Shown here in pieces: positions 1-11,486 of a DNA stretch of 64,000 bases. The position numbers and the translations under genes were made by a program. The DNA is from Squalus acanthias. Taxonomy: Eukaryota. Location of the stretch: NCBI GenBank assembly GCA_030390025.1, contig CM059432.1, forward strand, positions 120,654,001 to 120,718,000, written 5' to 3'. Below the pieces are notes generated by a model. The model was given only the letters and a program-made list of their open reading frames with translations, ran no database searches and was not told the DNA's origin. How positions within the stretch are numbered: position 1 is the stretch's first letter; every line of letters begins with the position of its first letter.

Positions 1-823
1 AGGCCTATCTCTCGGAATGGGGTATTGCTGCCAGCAGAACGACGCCTTATCATCCGGTCGGGAATGGGCAAGTCGAGCGTTTTAACGCTATCATCTGGAA
101 TGCGGTACGTCTGGCTTTGAGATCTCGGGGCCTACCCAACCAGCAATGGGAAGAAGTACTTCCAGACGCATTACACTCCACACGGTCCCTCCTTTCGACC
201 GCCACAAATACGACGCCTCATGAACGGTTCTTCCGATTTCAGCGTCGCTCATCCTATGGGATATCGCTCCCGTCATGGCTGACTGCACCGGGACCAGTGC
301 TACTCCGAAGATATGTTCGGGCGTCTAAGAATGACCCCCTGGTAGATGAGGTTGAGCTCACTGACGTCAACCCAGCTACGCCTATATTCGGTATCCTGAC
401 GGTCGGGAATCTACCGTGTCATTGCGGGATCTGGATCTGACGCCGGCTGGTACCTCACTCCAGCGTGCCGACCTGGGGCAGACTGACTATGAGCCCGTCG
501 GGGCTCGCACGCGCAGCCACGATCCACCCCGTACCATACGCTCGGAAACGGATCTGCCACAGCCCTGCCCGACACCCGTTCGGGCACCAGTACACAGTCA
601 GGATCGTCCTGACCCCTCACAGAGCGGGCTGGATCACTCGGACTCTGGTTCACGGCCCGCGGCGGGTAAACGGGCTAGGGGCCCTCTACCGCTACGAGAA
701 CCCAAACGGGTGCGGCTCTCCCTCGTCCAGCGGCTACGAAATGGAGGGAGAATGTGGTAACACAATACAGCTTCCTGTGACTCGAACTTCATCCCGGCCT
801 CCTAATCTTTTGGGGGGGGAGAA
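1..823 (+). mobile_element. Gypsy-type LTR retrotransposon internal 3' region (integrase C-terminus and polypurine tract), cut by the window start
   Basis: Frame +3 from base 3 reads AYLSEWGIAASRTTPYHPVGNGQVERFN...WEEVLPDALHSTRS...TNTTPHE, matching the integrase core motif TPYHPxxNGxVERxN. A purine tract GGGGGGGGAGAA at 812-823 directly precedes TG. Confidence 0.85.
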
Positions 824-1017
824 TGTGGTAACACAATACAGCTTCCTGTGACTCGAACTTTATTACATCACTTCCTGTGATTAGTCCAGGATAAATACTG
901 GGCTGATCAGTTGGATCCTGGAGAGGCATAGAGTAAGACCTCTTTTGTATGTAGCACCTTTTTAGTTGATTAAAGCTTACTTTAAGTTCACCACGCGTAA
1001 GGCTCATTCTTACGACA
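824..1017 (+). mobile_element. 3' LTR (~194 bp) of the Gypsy element
   Basis: Starts TGTGGTAA right after the PPT and ends TTACGACA (8-bp inverted termini, 1 mismatch). ATTAAA at 969-974. Confidence 0.7.
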
Positions 1018-1329
1018 CTGTATTTAGCAAATTGAAGGCATAGTAGTGTAAGAATGTCTTTGTGAGATCTTTTATTCCAAATGATTTGACATTGACCTGT
1101 ATAGGTGTCAGTGGTTAAATGTTTATTCAGCACAAGCAAGGATCAACACAATTACTGCATCTTAAGCAGCAGTTTCCAAGATATAATTAAGAGCCATATT
1201 ACCCCATTCATGTCTTGGGTAAAAGTCGTGGTCAGAGTTATCTGCACCCCTCTCTTGCCATGCCTCCTGGCCTGATTAGCCTCTTAGTGTCCCCTAGAGT
1301 TACTGGAATCTTCCTCTGTTAACTTCTAG

Positions 1330-1903
1330 TATAGAACACTGGTTCGGCCTCAACTGGAGTATTTTGTCCAATTCTGGGCACCACACTTTAGGAAGGATTT
1401 GAAAGCCTTAGGGAGGGTGCAGGAAAGATTTACGAGAATGATTCCAGGAAGGAGGGACTTCTGTTATGTGGATAGACTGGAGAAGCTGGGGTTGTACTCC
1501 TTAGAGCAGAAAAGGTTAAGAGGAGATTTGATAGAGGTGTTCAAAATCATGAGGGGTCTAGACAAAGTAGATAGAGAGAAACTGTTCCCATTCGAGGAAT
1601 AGTCGAGAACTAGAGGACACAAATTTAAGGTGATTGGCAAAAGAACCAAAGGCAACATGAGGAACAACTTTTTTACGCAGTGAGTGGTTAGGATCTGGAA
1701 TGCACTGCCTGAAAGGGTGGTGGAGGCAGATTGAATCGTGGCTTTCAAAAGGGAGTTGGATCAGTAGCTGAAGGAAAAAAATTTGCAGGGCTACTGGGAA
1801 AGGGCGGGGGATTGGGACCAGATGAAGTGCTCTTGCAGAGAGCCGGCACAGGCTCAACGGGCCGAATGACCTCCTACTGTGCTGTAACTATTCTATGATT
1901 CTA
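1330..1903 (+). mobile_element. 5'-truncated CR1 LINE (ORF2 C-terminus and 3' tail)
   Basis: ALGRVQERFTRMIPG...LRGDLIEVFKIM; ends in a TTCTATGATTCTA tail; internal stops present. Confidence 0.9.
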
Positions 1904-4900
1904 TAAAACGATTCTTGACAGATCGCAAGTTCCATGTTTTCGCGCATGCGCTTCGCACGCGAAAACCTGGAACTTGCGGGGCCCTTACGCGTATACACCC
2001 GTAGGCCCCAGAAAAATACGAGCCAATATCACTCAGACAGGCCTCAGGATGGTTGCTGTGGAAAAAGGGAAAACCTGCCTCCTAGTGCAGCAAGATTGAG
2101 AGCAGAGCTGTGTGAAACCTTTCTCTGCATCCATCTGTGCCATACCTGACCTGGCAGTGCTTGACGCTGACCCTGGAGGGTTCATTTTCAGACTCTGTGC
2201 TCCCAGTGGGGAGCTTGGCTCACTGGAAGTACACATTGGAAATCCAGGCACACTTTTCAAGATGTTTTGACCAGTCTGAAAATCATGCACAGCCTCTGCC
2301 TGTATTTCTAATATGCACTTCTGGCTGGCGAGGCTCGCTGCCTGGAGCACTACGTCAGAAAATTGTCCCTTAGGCGATTGAAATGAAAAGTGTTCCATAC
2401 CTCAGCAAATCCCTCACCTTTAGCAGCACAGACATGTAAAAAGGGAAGAAGAAGCTGAATACATCCTTGTTCTTGTTTACTTTGCTTGTGGATTATTCAT
2501 CTCGGGCAGAAATCCGTGACCCAAGCTGCCTAGTGGAGGTGCTGGGATGTGCCTGCCCGTGACCTCTGGTGCTGACCCTGCCAAAAGAGAAAGGCCATTT
2601 GCTTTAAATATGATGGGTGAGTGCCTGCTCCACTGGGGTGCATCTTGCATACTCATTGGCCGCAGGAGGCCAATAGACGTGGCTGATTGTGTCAAGTCCA
2701 GGGGAAGGAAGGTGATGCGCACCCCCCCAGAAAACGTTGGTGCCTTGTGCCTAACGGCCCCTTATAAGGGGTCCGAGAAAAGTTCAAAGTCGCTAAAGTC
2801 TTTGGGGGGCCCCGGCCGCATCCCAGGCCTGGATTTCCAAGGTGAACCCCACATCCATCAGTAGATGGGCTGGTACTCCTGATGCCACTTGGTGCATCAG
2901 CCTGCCGATGCTCTTTCATCAGGCTGGCACTGTGGGAACTCTGGCTGAAGACCACACCCTCTCTCACCCCGGCTCACTTTGTTTGAGGCAGGCGATGTTC
3001 TATGCCCCAACGACACCCAGCAGCAACTCCCAGGAAAGGTTAGGGACACAGCATGTCTTGCTCCTGGACTGTTTTATTGTCTTCATGCGCACTTGGACCA
3101 GAGTTGTGGCAGGAGTGTGCCAGAAGGCCCACTGACTTTGGGTCCCTGTTGCTGCCTCAATGCTTCTCAAATGTCAAGTAGCTCTAGATGAATTGAAGCA
3201 GTATATTACACCAGTAGTGTGCATAATTGAACAGAACTGTAACTAAGAACATTACACTTGTCCAGACCAGTCTACCACAACCCTTTGTTTTTCAAAATAT
3301 CCTAAATATGTAGGAAATTGTGAAAATGCATAGGTAAAGAGAGAAAGAAGGACTTGAATTTATATAGCGCCTTTCACAACCACCGGACATCTCAAAGCGC
3401 TTTACAGCCAATGAAGTACTTTTGAAGTGTAGTCACTGTTGTAATGTAGAAAACACGGCAGCCAATTTGCACACAGCAAGCTCCCACAAATAGATCAGAT
3501 AATCTGTCGTAATGAGGGATAAATATTGGCCAGGACTCCAGGGATAACTCCCCTGCTCTTCTTCAAAATAGTGCCATGGGATCTTTTACGTCCACCTGAG
3601 AGAGCAGACGGGGCCTCGGTTTAACGGTTCACCCGAAAGACGGCACCTCCGACAGTGCAGCACTCTCTCAGTACTGCACTGGAGTGTCAGCCTAGATTTA
3701 TTGTGCTCAAGTCCCTGGAGTGGGACTTGAATCCACAATCTTCTGACTCAGATGCGAGAGTGCTACCCACTTTTTTTTAATTATATATTATTTATTGAAC
3801 ATTAAAAACATTTACAACATCGTGATCATTCCATTGTATCATACAAATCCATTCCGCCACTCTTCACAGCCATTCCTCCACCACATATTAACATCAAAAC
3901 CTGAAGTTTAATTTGTCTCCCAAAACATATATTAATCTATTGCACTTTAAAAATTGATCATAAAATACTATCTTTAAATTCCTTTCTGAATAAAACATCC
4001 ACAGAGCCTTATAATGATCTTTTAGCTTATATTTAAAATACTCTTTTAGATTTATTCTCCTCCCCTTAAAAACCAGAGCATTCCTTCTTTGCACAATCAC
4101 GAATCTAGTCAAACAGAACATTAAATTAATTGCCGCACCGTTAGATTCGGGCAGACTCTTCTGCTATCCGCATCTCAAAATTGAGTCCCACGGGATTCTC
4201 ATTCTCACTCTTTGGCCCCACACAGCAAAAAAACCTCACACAAATGTCGAATACTTATAATCATTTAACTGTGGACATAACACCAGTAAATGGGACAGAG
4301 TCTCATCCTGTGTCCCACACACTGGGCAAGTTGCCACCTCCACTCACCCAAACTTACATAAGACCGTCATGGTAAAAATTCGGATATGAGTCAATTTGAA
4401 ATCCAGTTCAATCTACTCTGGACATTTAAAATTTGCCCACACACCCTTCCAAATCCTGTTGAAGTCCAGCTGTGGGCATATACTCTGTCAAAACTCCTGA
4501 GCTGCAGGTGTCTTGAATCTCCATTCTCTAAATACCCCATAGAAATCTCAAGTATTACAGTTGTCAAATTGGACCAACTCTTCCCCTTCCTCCAGCAGAA
4601 AGCTTGGAAAAGCGGGACGCATTTCACTTCCTTTGGAGATTTGCGCATCTATTTTTTCCATCCAATCTTGTGGCATTGCCCTCACAATCTTCTCATACAT
4701 GATCATAATTCATTTTTCCTCTGCCTCCTGATCCTCCTCCCAAACCATGTCCTCACTACCGCTTCCGGCAACCAACCTGGAATTACCTCATATAATACAT
4801 CTTTCACACATATAATACCAGCTTTTATAAAAGTTTGATTAAATAATACCTCTCCTTCAATGACCTCTATATCGGAAAATACTTGGATAAAAAACCGTTA

Positions 4901-6578
4901 CATTTAACACAGCTAAATATGTTTGAATAAGCAATCCTTATCCACTCAATGAAATTTTTCCCGAAACCAAATGCTTCCAAAACCATCCATAAAAACTCAT
5001 GAGAGACCCTATCAAAGGCTTTCTCTTGATCTATCTTTAACAAATATGTCTCCCTCCCACTCTCTTCCATGAGCTCTATCGCATCTCGGATTGAGACCAC
5101 AGAGTCTGCGAGGTCCCAGCCTATGACTCCATAGGACTGAGAAGGCAAAACTACCTGCGGCATCACCTCCTTCATACGATTTAACATAACCCTCCCCAAG
5201 ATTTTATAATCGACATTTAATAATGTGATGGGTCTCCAATTCTTTAGAACCCCTCTATCCCCTTTATTTTTATAAGCTAAGCTTATGATACCTCTCCTCA
5301 TAGATGGGGCCAGGCTTCCCTCAATTTTAATCTCCTTAAAAACCTCCAAGAGCAATGGACTTAAAATCTCAAAAAATTCTTTATAAAATTCTGCACTTAG
5401 TCCATCGAACCCTGGACTTTCCCCCCTTTCATTCCACTTATTGATACTTTTATTTCTGCTAATCCTACTTCTTTGTCACACATGCTTCTCTCATCCTCCT
5501 TTAAACCCTCTTCAATAAAAGCGCTAACCTTCTCCATTGCCAATTTGGAAATGTTTCTTTTGTATATAACTCTTGATAAAAGCTACTAGCCGTCTCCAAA
5601 ATCTCCCCACTTTCGTTAATGATCTTCCCCCCAACCTTCAACTCTCCAATTAATGATAATCTCTGTCACAGCTTCTCTTGCTCTCAAAAATATCTAGTGC
5701 ACCTTTCTCCCTCCAATGCATCTTTAGCCTTTGCCCGGAGAATGGCTCCCTTGCATTTTTCAGCTTGCAATAATTGCGGTACTTCCTTTAAAACCACTCA
5801 CTTAGTCTCTGCTCCCTTATCCCCTCCGTCAATTGCTTTACAGATATCCGTAAATCTTCTGTTTATATTCTCTTCTCGACGCCAGTTAGCTGCTGCTCTC
5901 TGTTTCCCATAACATACCGAAAAATCTTTTACCTCATATTTGAAATTGTCCCACCAAACTCTTCTTTCTTTCAAGAATAAAGGCTCATTCCGAGCATTCT
6001 TTATTGTATTTAAAATCCCTTTCTTATAGGCAATTTTTTTCAGGCATTGATTGTTTAAAATCCACACCCCTGGACCAATTTAAACTCTGCTGTTCCTAAT
6101 TCTAAGAACCAAAGCCGAGTGGTCACTAAAAAATACTTTTTTGTAATAACTCTCCTTCACCTCAGAACTTAATCCTTCAGGCTTCCATCTGCCTCACACT
6201 CACAGCGGGTGGGGCCTTTGTGACACACCCCACAGCTCTCCACCTTGCAGCTCCGAGCGATGTGTCCAGACTCGCTGCAGTTATAACAGTACAAGTCTGG
6301 ACACCTTTTTTTTAATATATGGACACCTTCTTACGAGATGGTCGTGTCCAAGACAATAATAGCAAACGTTCACCTGGTTAAAACGGGTTCCATCTGCTAC
6401 CCGCGTTCCTGGATAGCATCTCTTTATTGCCAAATTTTAATGTCTCACGACTCAAACTTTTTTATTCACACATCGTCCTCAATATAAACCGGCATGTTCA
6501 AGAATGGGACCACCACGTCTTCAGAATATAGCTGTGTTACCCCCAAGAACTTAACTCCAACCTTGAAACAAAGTAAAT

Positions 6579-7320
6579 GGCCCAAAAATTAGTGTCTCTA
6601 CGCGAGAGTACGCACTGTGTACTCTCGCGTATTCTGTCTCCAATTGCCGGTTTTCTGCATGCACTGCGCATGCGCTGAAAACCGGCACTTGGTGATTTCA
6701 AAAGGGGGTGGTTCCTAGGTGAACCGCGTGCGCGCTACAGGCTGCGCGCACGCAGTGCACTTAGTGCTTTGAACGCGCAGGTAAGTATGGAAGATTTTGC
6801 ACATAAAGAAAGGAGGCGTAAGACCCTCTTTTAACAAGGTAAGTAGTTAATTAAGTATTATTTTGAATTTTTTTCAACAGGTATATCTTTTTTAGAGAAT
6901 TTAAAGAAAGGTAAGTTTATTTTTATAACTTTTTAAAAGATTTAAAATTTTTTCAAAAATTTAATTTTTTGTTTAAAATGGTTAATTTATTTAACTATAC
7001 TTATTTTATTAATGTGATGTGTTTTTTTTAAATTTAATTGAGGTTTAGCTGTTCTTTTGGGGGGTATAGATTCATAGCTTTCACAGCACTTCTTGTGAAA
7101 GCTATGAATGAAAGATGGTGTGCTGCCATCGGCTCTAACTGAGTCACGTGATCCCACAGCTCGCACGAATTAACTGCGCCTGTGGGATACGGAAGCCCTG
7201 CACAGCTGCTGTCCAGAACATCAAGTTCGTGTGAACTGGGAATGAAAAAGCCAGCGCGCAGTGAGAGATCGCGGGGAAGCCTTACCCTCGCACGAAGGCT
7301 CCCTCACTAATTTTTGGGCC
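6579..7320. mobile_element. Non-autonomous Harbinger-type DNA transposon (MITE) nested in Tx1 ORF1
   Basis: Perfect 16-bp TIR GGCCCAAAAATTAGTG / CACTAATTTTTGGGCC; flanks aat/aaa; the empty site agtaaaagtc is visible in Tx1 copy 2 near 55510. Confidence 0.85.
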
Positions 7321-7416
7321 AAAGTCTTTCCACCTACACTCAGCCACTGACCGTCAGCTCAAACCCAACATTTAGCTTTGGTCGGCAGGCAAAGCAGCTT
7401 CCCTCACCGCAGTCCT

Positions 7417-8972
7417 ATCAAGAAAAGGATGAGCACACTGGATACAGCAAAGGCTGTGGGTCTCGACAACATCCCAGCTGTCGTGCTGAAGACTTGTGCT
7501 CCACAACTAGCCACACTTCTAGCCAAGCTGTTCCAGTACAGATACAACACTGGCATCTATCCGACAATATGGAAAGCTGCCCAGGTATGTCCTGTCCACA
7601 AAAAGCAGGAAAAATCCAATCCAGCCAATTACCGCCCCATCAGTCTATTCTCAATCATCAGCAAAGTGACAGAAGGTGTCATCGACAGTGCTATCAAGCG
7701 GCACTTACTCACCAATAACCTGCTCATTGATTACCAGTTTGGGTTCTGCCAAGACCACTCGGCTCCCGACCTCACTACAGCCTTGGTCCAAACATGGACA
7801 AAGGAGCTGAATTCCAGAGGTGAGGTGAGAGTGACTGCCCTTGACATCAAGGCAGCATTTGACCGAGTGTGGCATCAAGGAGACCTAGTAAAACTGAAGT
7901 CAATGGGAATCGGAGGGAAAACTCTCCACTGGCTGGAGTCATACCTAGCACAAAGGAAGATGGTTGTGGTGGTTGAAGGTCAATCATCACAGCCCCAGGA
8001 CATCGCTGCAGGAGTTCCTCAGGGCAGTGTCCTAGGCACCACCATCTTCAGCTGCTTCATCAATGACATTCCCTCCAACATAAGGACAGTGTTCAGTGCC
8101 ATTTACAACTCCTCAGATAATGAAGCAGTCCATGCCTGCATGCAACAAGACCTGGACAACATTCAGGCTTGGGCTGATAAGTGGCAGGTAACATTTGCGC
8201 CACACAAGTGCCAGGCAATGATTATCTCCAACAAGCGAGAGTCTAACCACCGCCCCTTGACATTCAACGGCATTACCATTGCCGAATCCCCTACCATCAA
8301 ATCCTGGGGGTCACCATTGACCAGAAACTTAACTGGACCAGCCACATAAATACTGTGGCAATAAGAGCAGATCAGAGGCTAGGTATTCTGCGGTGAGTGT
8401 CTCACCTCCTGACTCCCCAAAGCGTTTCCAACATCTACAAGGTACAAGTAAGGAGTGTGATGGAATACTCTCCACTGGCCTGGATGAGTGCAACTCCAAC
8501 AACATTCAAGAAGCTCGACACCATCCAGGACAAAGCAGCCTGCTTGATTGGCACCCCATCCACCACCTTAAACATTCACTCCCTCCACCACTGGCACACC
8601 GTTTCTGCAGTATCTAACATTTACAGGATGCACTGCAGCAACTCGCCAAGGCTTCTTCGGCAGCACCTCCCAAACCCGCGACCTCTACCACCTAGAAGGA
8701 CAAGGGCAGCAGACGCATGGGAACACCACCACCTCCAAGTTCCCCTCCAAGTCACACACCATCTTGACTTAAAAGTATATCGCTGATCCCTCATCGTTGC
8801 TGGGTCAAAATCTTGGAACTCCCTACCTAACAGCACTGTGGGAGTACCTTCACCACATGGATTGCAGCGGTTCAAGAAGGCGGCTCACCACCACCTTCTC
8901 AAGGGCAATTAGGGATCGGTAATAAATGCTGGCCTTGCCAGCGACGCCCAGATCCCATAAACGATTAAAAAA
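7417..8972 (+). mobile_element. 5'-truncated CR1/L2-group LINE (RT domain) nested in Tx1 ORF1
   Basis: SNPANYRPISLFSIISK...QFGF...ALDIKAAFDRVWH...GVPQGSVLG; A-rich tail; 6-bp TSD AGTCCT (7411-7416 / 8973-8978); the empty site gcagtcctcatg is seen in Tx1 copy 2. Confidence 0.88.
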
Positions 8973-9476
8973 AGTCCTCATGTACCGTCTGGATAATATC
9001 CCAAGCTCGTATCTCTTTATACTCGCACTGATCCACCACCGTGTTTTCTTTTCCAAACCTCCTGCGGTCCCAGCCCAAATATTTTGGGCCATTTTTTCTC
9101 CCTGCCCCCAACATTTTCTCCCATGATTATATTCAACCTGGGAACATTGTCCTCTGAGGGGTCCGGCACTCTGGGCCGCTCAGCAGCCATCTGTATGCTG
9201 TTTAAGGACCAAAAACCTGAAGAAAAAGAACCACCACCAACTTTTTACAAACTCACTCCAACGCCCTGCAGGTGATCAAGCACCCAGCAGCACCTGCTCA
9301 CTCCTAGCCCCTCCCAGCTAGAGAGTGCTACCTACTGAGCCACAGCTAACATTAAGTTGACAAGCAGAAGGAAGCATGCTAAATAGCTCCCTTTCAAATA
9401 CTTTGCTACAGAAAAAATAGCCAGGAGTGGGGGCAAGCTGCAGCTGCATCCTGTGCTATATAAATATATGTGTTAC

Positions 9477-9605
9477 TGGGTGTTTGGTATAGTAGCAAGG
9501 GCCTCTTTGTTTAGCTTATTGTACAGATCATCATCAGCTTTGCAGTTATACAGAAACACAAGACATTGTTCTAAAGCCTTATGGCATATCGTAGGAAGAT
9601 TTGCC
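9477..9605 (-). CDS. Candidate internal host exon (129 nt), gene unidentified
   Basis: Minus strand ctacAG|...|GTaaca; one open frame ANLPTICHKALEQCLVFLYNCKADDDLYNKLNKEALATIPNT in non-repetitive DNA. No homology recognised. Confidence 0.25.
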
Positions 9606-10845
9606 CTGTAGATCTCAGGAGAATAATGAAACACCATCCTAAGCCTAGACTTTAGTCAGCCGTGCCCAGGGCATTCCAGAATATTCTTTGAAATATAATA
9701 ATCGCAAACAAGTGACATACGGTATTACTGATTTTCAGAATGAATGGCATGCTTAGAATTTAGTCATCACACTGAATTGTCATTAAGTAAATCAAACTGA
9801 TATGTTTGCATCCCTGTAGTGTTCTGCAGCATAGAATAGAATACAAATGCATTCCTCAGCATCTGTTTCCCTCTTACAGTTAATTAAACATATTTTAAAA
9901 TAAAGATTAATTGTTTGCTTGGGTCATGGTAGGTCAAAGTTTCATTATTGTCTACTGATAGGCAACAATAACGAGAGATTAAAGAAAAACAATAAAGATT
10001 AAAGAGAAACAAAACACAGGTTACTTGGCCTGACAACCTGAATTAATTCGATGATTTATCCTCACAATCAACACAGTGATGCATCGAGGTATATCTCAGT
10101 GTGATTTATTTTCCTTGTTATTGCAAAGTTTGGCATAGATATAATGAATAAAATAGATGTGACTCTTTCCGGACAGTTATTAACCATTGTTGGAAGAAAT
10201 CCTACATCCGATTAGTATCCTGAAAGTATTATCACTTGTTTGAAAGCACACAGTGTGTACCTTTTGTGTGGATGCTAAAGACTTGGATATAATACAGGAC
10301 ATATTTGTACAGCAAACAGAAGCAGTTCATTTATACATATGGGAAGACAGGCTATTCATTGGGTTTTCAGAACAGAACACGCTGCCAATCGTTGACAGGC
10401 TGACAATACATGTCACGGCTCCATTTCATACTTGCACATTGTCATACACTGCCTCTAGGTGGAGGAGTCAACCCTTATATTATACATGTGACTTTAGCTA
10501 TCCCAATCAGGTAAACTACTTGCTTGCTAAGCTGAAAAGTAATTCATTGCCATGTGATATAATTCATAAATTAAACATTCTATTCATAAAATGTTCTACT
10601 TGTATGAATTGAATGTTTACAACATTTTATTGCAAGCAGGCGGATTAAAAAGCATACAATGAAAGAAAGGGCCATTGAAACCCACCCAGCCTGTTCCTTC
10701 TGCATAATTTCCCCCATCAAGATCTCTGCCCACATTATTTAAGGGGGATTTATCTATGATCGCAAAGGTAATCAAACAGAAGTTCAGAGTATTAATCTAA
10801 CCTTAAAATCTACAATCTTCACTCTGACTAGTTGAAGTTCACAAA

Positions 10846-11220
10846 GCTGGGCTGACGCTCCAGTGCAGTGCTGAGGGAGCGCTGCACTGTTGGAGGTGCC
10901 GTCTTTCAGATGAGATGTTAAACCAAGGCCCCATCTGCTCTCTCAGGTGGACGTAAAAGAACCCATGGCACTATTTTGAAGAAGAGCAGGGGAGTTATCC
11001 CCAGTGTCCTGGCCAATATTTATCCCTCAATTAACATCACTGAAAAACAGATTACCTGGTCATTAGCACATTGCTGTTTGTGGGAGCAAATTGGCTGCCG
11101 CGTTTCCCACATTACAACAGTGACTACACTCCAAAAGTATTACATTGGCTGTAAAGCTCTTTGAGACGTCCACTGGTCGCGAAAGGCGCTATATAAATGG
11201 AAATCTTTCTTTCTTTCTTT
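10846..11220 (+). mobile_element. DeuSINE (SacSINE1-like), head missing
   Basis: GCTGCACTGTTGGAGGTGCCGTCTTTCAGATGAG...CCCATGGCACTATTTTGAAGAAGAGCAGGGGAG core and a (CTTT)n tail. Confidence 0.88.
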
Positions 11221-11486
11221 CAAATGACATTGCCATGGTTCCATCAAAATGATGGACCTAGAAATTCGATCGCACCTAAAAGGCACCTGTTCACGTGACC
11301 ACATGAAATTATTGCTGCCAGCTCATTAACAAGAGTCAAGTGTGCATCCAGTGCTACCAGTGCTATTCAGTGGTTGGGCGCCTGTTTGGAGGGGTGGGAA
11401 ATTGGGCTTCACTGTCGCCACCTATAGGCAGCCAGCACCTCTTAAAGGGGAGGTGCAGTCTGAAACGAAGGCATCTAGAGAAACAA

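Larger units (their letters stand above)
3772..9320 (-). mobile_element. Tx1-clade (L1 group) non-LTR retrotransposon, copy 1; both ends present, internally deleted
   Basis: Poly-A tail (T run at 3771-3778); ORF2 pieces FFSDHSALV (endonuclease end, ~6110-6140), NWRPITLLNVDYKIL...IDQEKAFDRVSH (4867-5355) and CPVCGTQDETLSH zinc finger (~4300); ORF1 remnants homologous to copy 2. TSD gagagtgctacccact (3756-3771) / gagagtgctacctact (9321-9336). Confidence 0.88.
3343..9350 (-). mobile_element. tRNA-derived DeuSINE (SacSINE1-like), split in its head by a Tx1 insertion: body 3343-3771, head remainder 9321-9350
   Basis: Deu-domain-type core (minus strand GTGCTGCACTGTCGGAGGTGCCGTCTTTCGG...GGTGGACGTAAAAGATCCCATGGCACTATT), CTTT-type tail, B-box-like GATTCAAGTC; the A-box TGGCTCAGTAGG lies beyond the insertion. 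Confidence 0.85.

Noticed and set aside
2146..2368. AG/GT-bounded open segment on the minus strand (GQFSDVVLQAASL...)
   Set aside because: Its phase does not fit the candidate exon at 9477, no homology was recognised, and it may be decayed transposon sequence.
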